A DNA stretch of 63,984 bases, the filler included, from Folioceros fuciformis (Eukaryota), in the NCBI GenBank assembly GCA_049999805.1. It is 13 parts of 13 records of this genome, joined end to end, with 100 filler letters (N's around TTAATTAATTAA, not from the genome) between each part and the next. Parts side by side here need not be neighbours in the genome. Positions count along the whole stretch, not along the records: positions 62,193 to 63,984 come from JBNGIO010003629.1; 12 more parts are not named here. The stretch is one strand, 5' to 3'. The stretch's first letter is position 1. Every line of letters begins with the position of its first letter. Positions 63,929-63,984 of the stretch are shown here, in pieces. The position numbers and the translations under genes were made by a program. The notes beneath the pieces were generated by a model that saw only the letters and a program-made list of their open reading frames with translations, searched no databases and was not told the DNA's origin.

Positions 63929-63984
63929 GAGGGGGAGTGTTGAGTTATCGAGCTCTATATGAGCTAAACTCATGTGGTGTTAGT
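63929..63984 (+). mobile_element. Polypurine tract and start of the Copia 3' LTR
   Basis: gagggggag (63929-63937) is immediately followed by TGTTGAG at 63938. Confidence 0.85.

Overview
Eukaryotic nuclear DNA from a land plant. The compact GT-AG genes with roughly 70-200 bp introns, and two candidate cilium-related genes, suggest a seed-free lineage; this is inference. The window is not one locus: 13 segments are joined by artificial N44-TTAATTAATTAA-N44 spacers, with additional 10-N and 100-N gaps. Recognisable genes are NC2-alpha/DRAP1, an RluA-type pseudouridine synthase, CYP78A, MHF2/CENP-X, a two-domain DJ-1, the 3' end of a PAKRP2/kinesin-10, tRNA-Asp(GTC), VTE6, a RING-H2 protein, the 3' end of an F-box/WD40 gene and NRP/SET. 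Pseudogene fragments derive from PPR, MED25 and GTF3C3 genes. The right half is dominated by nested Copia, probable Gypsy and LINE debris. Best leads: (1) an apparently intact TPR gene of at least 11 exons hidden in AT-rich DNA and largely missed by the ORF track; (2) an intronless ORF with a repeated motif resembling ciliary microtubule-inner proteins; (3) a long-LTR family, including a 2.5 kb solo LTR with TSD, carrying degenerate telomere-like TTAGG arrays beside its putative TATA box; (4) a stand-alone intact LINE ORF1-like gene; (5) a length-preserving poly-A replacement inside a DJ-1 exon. Family assignments come from recalled motifs, not database searches. I found no convincing multi-gene novel system.
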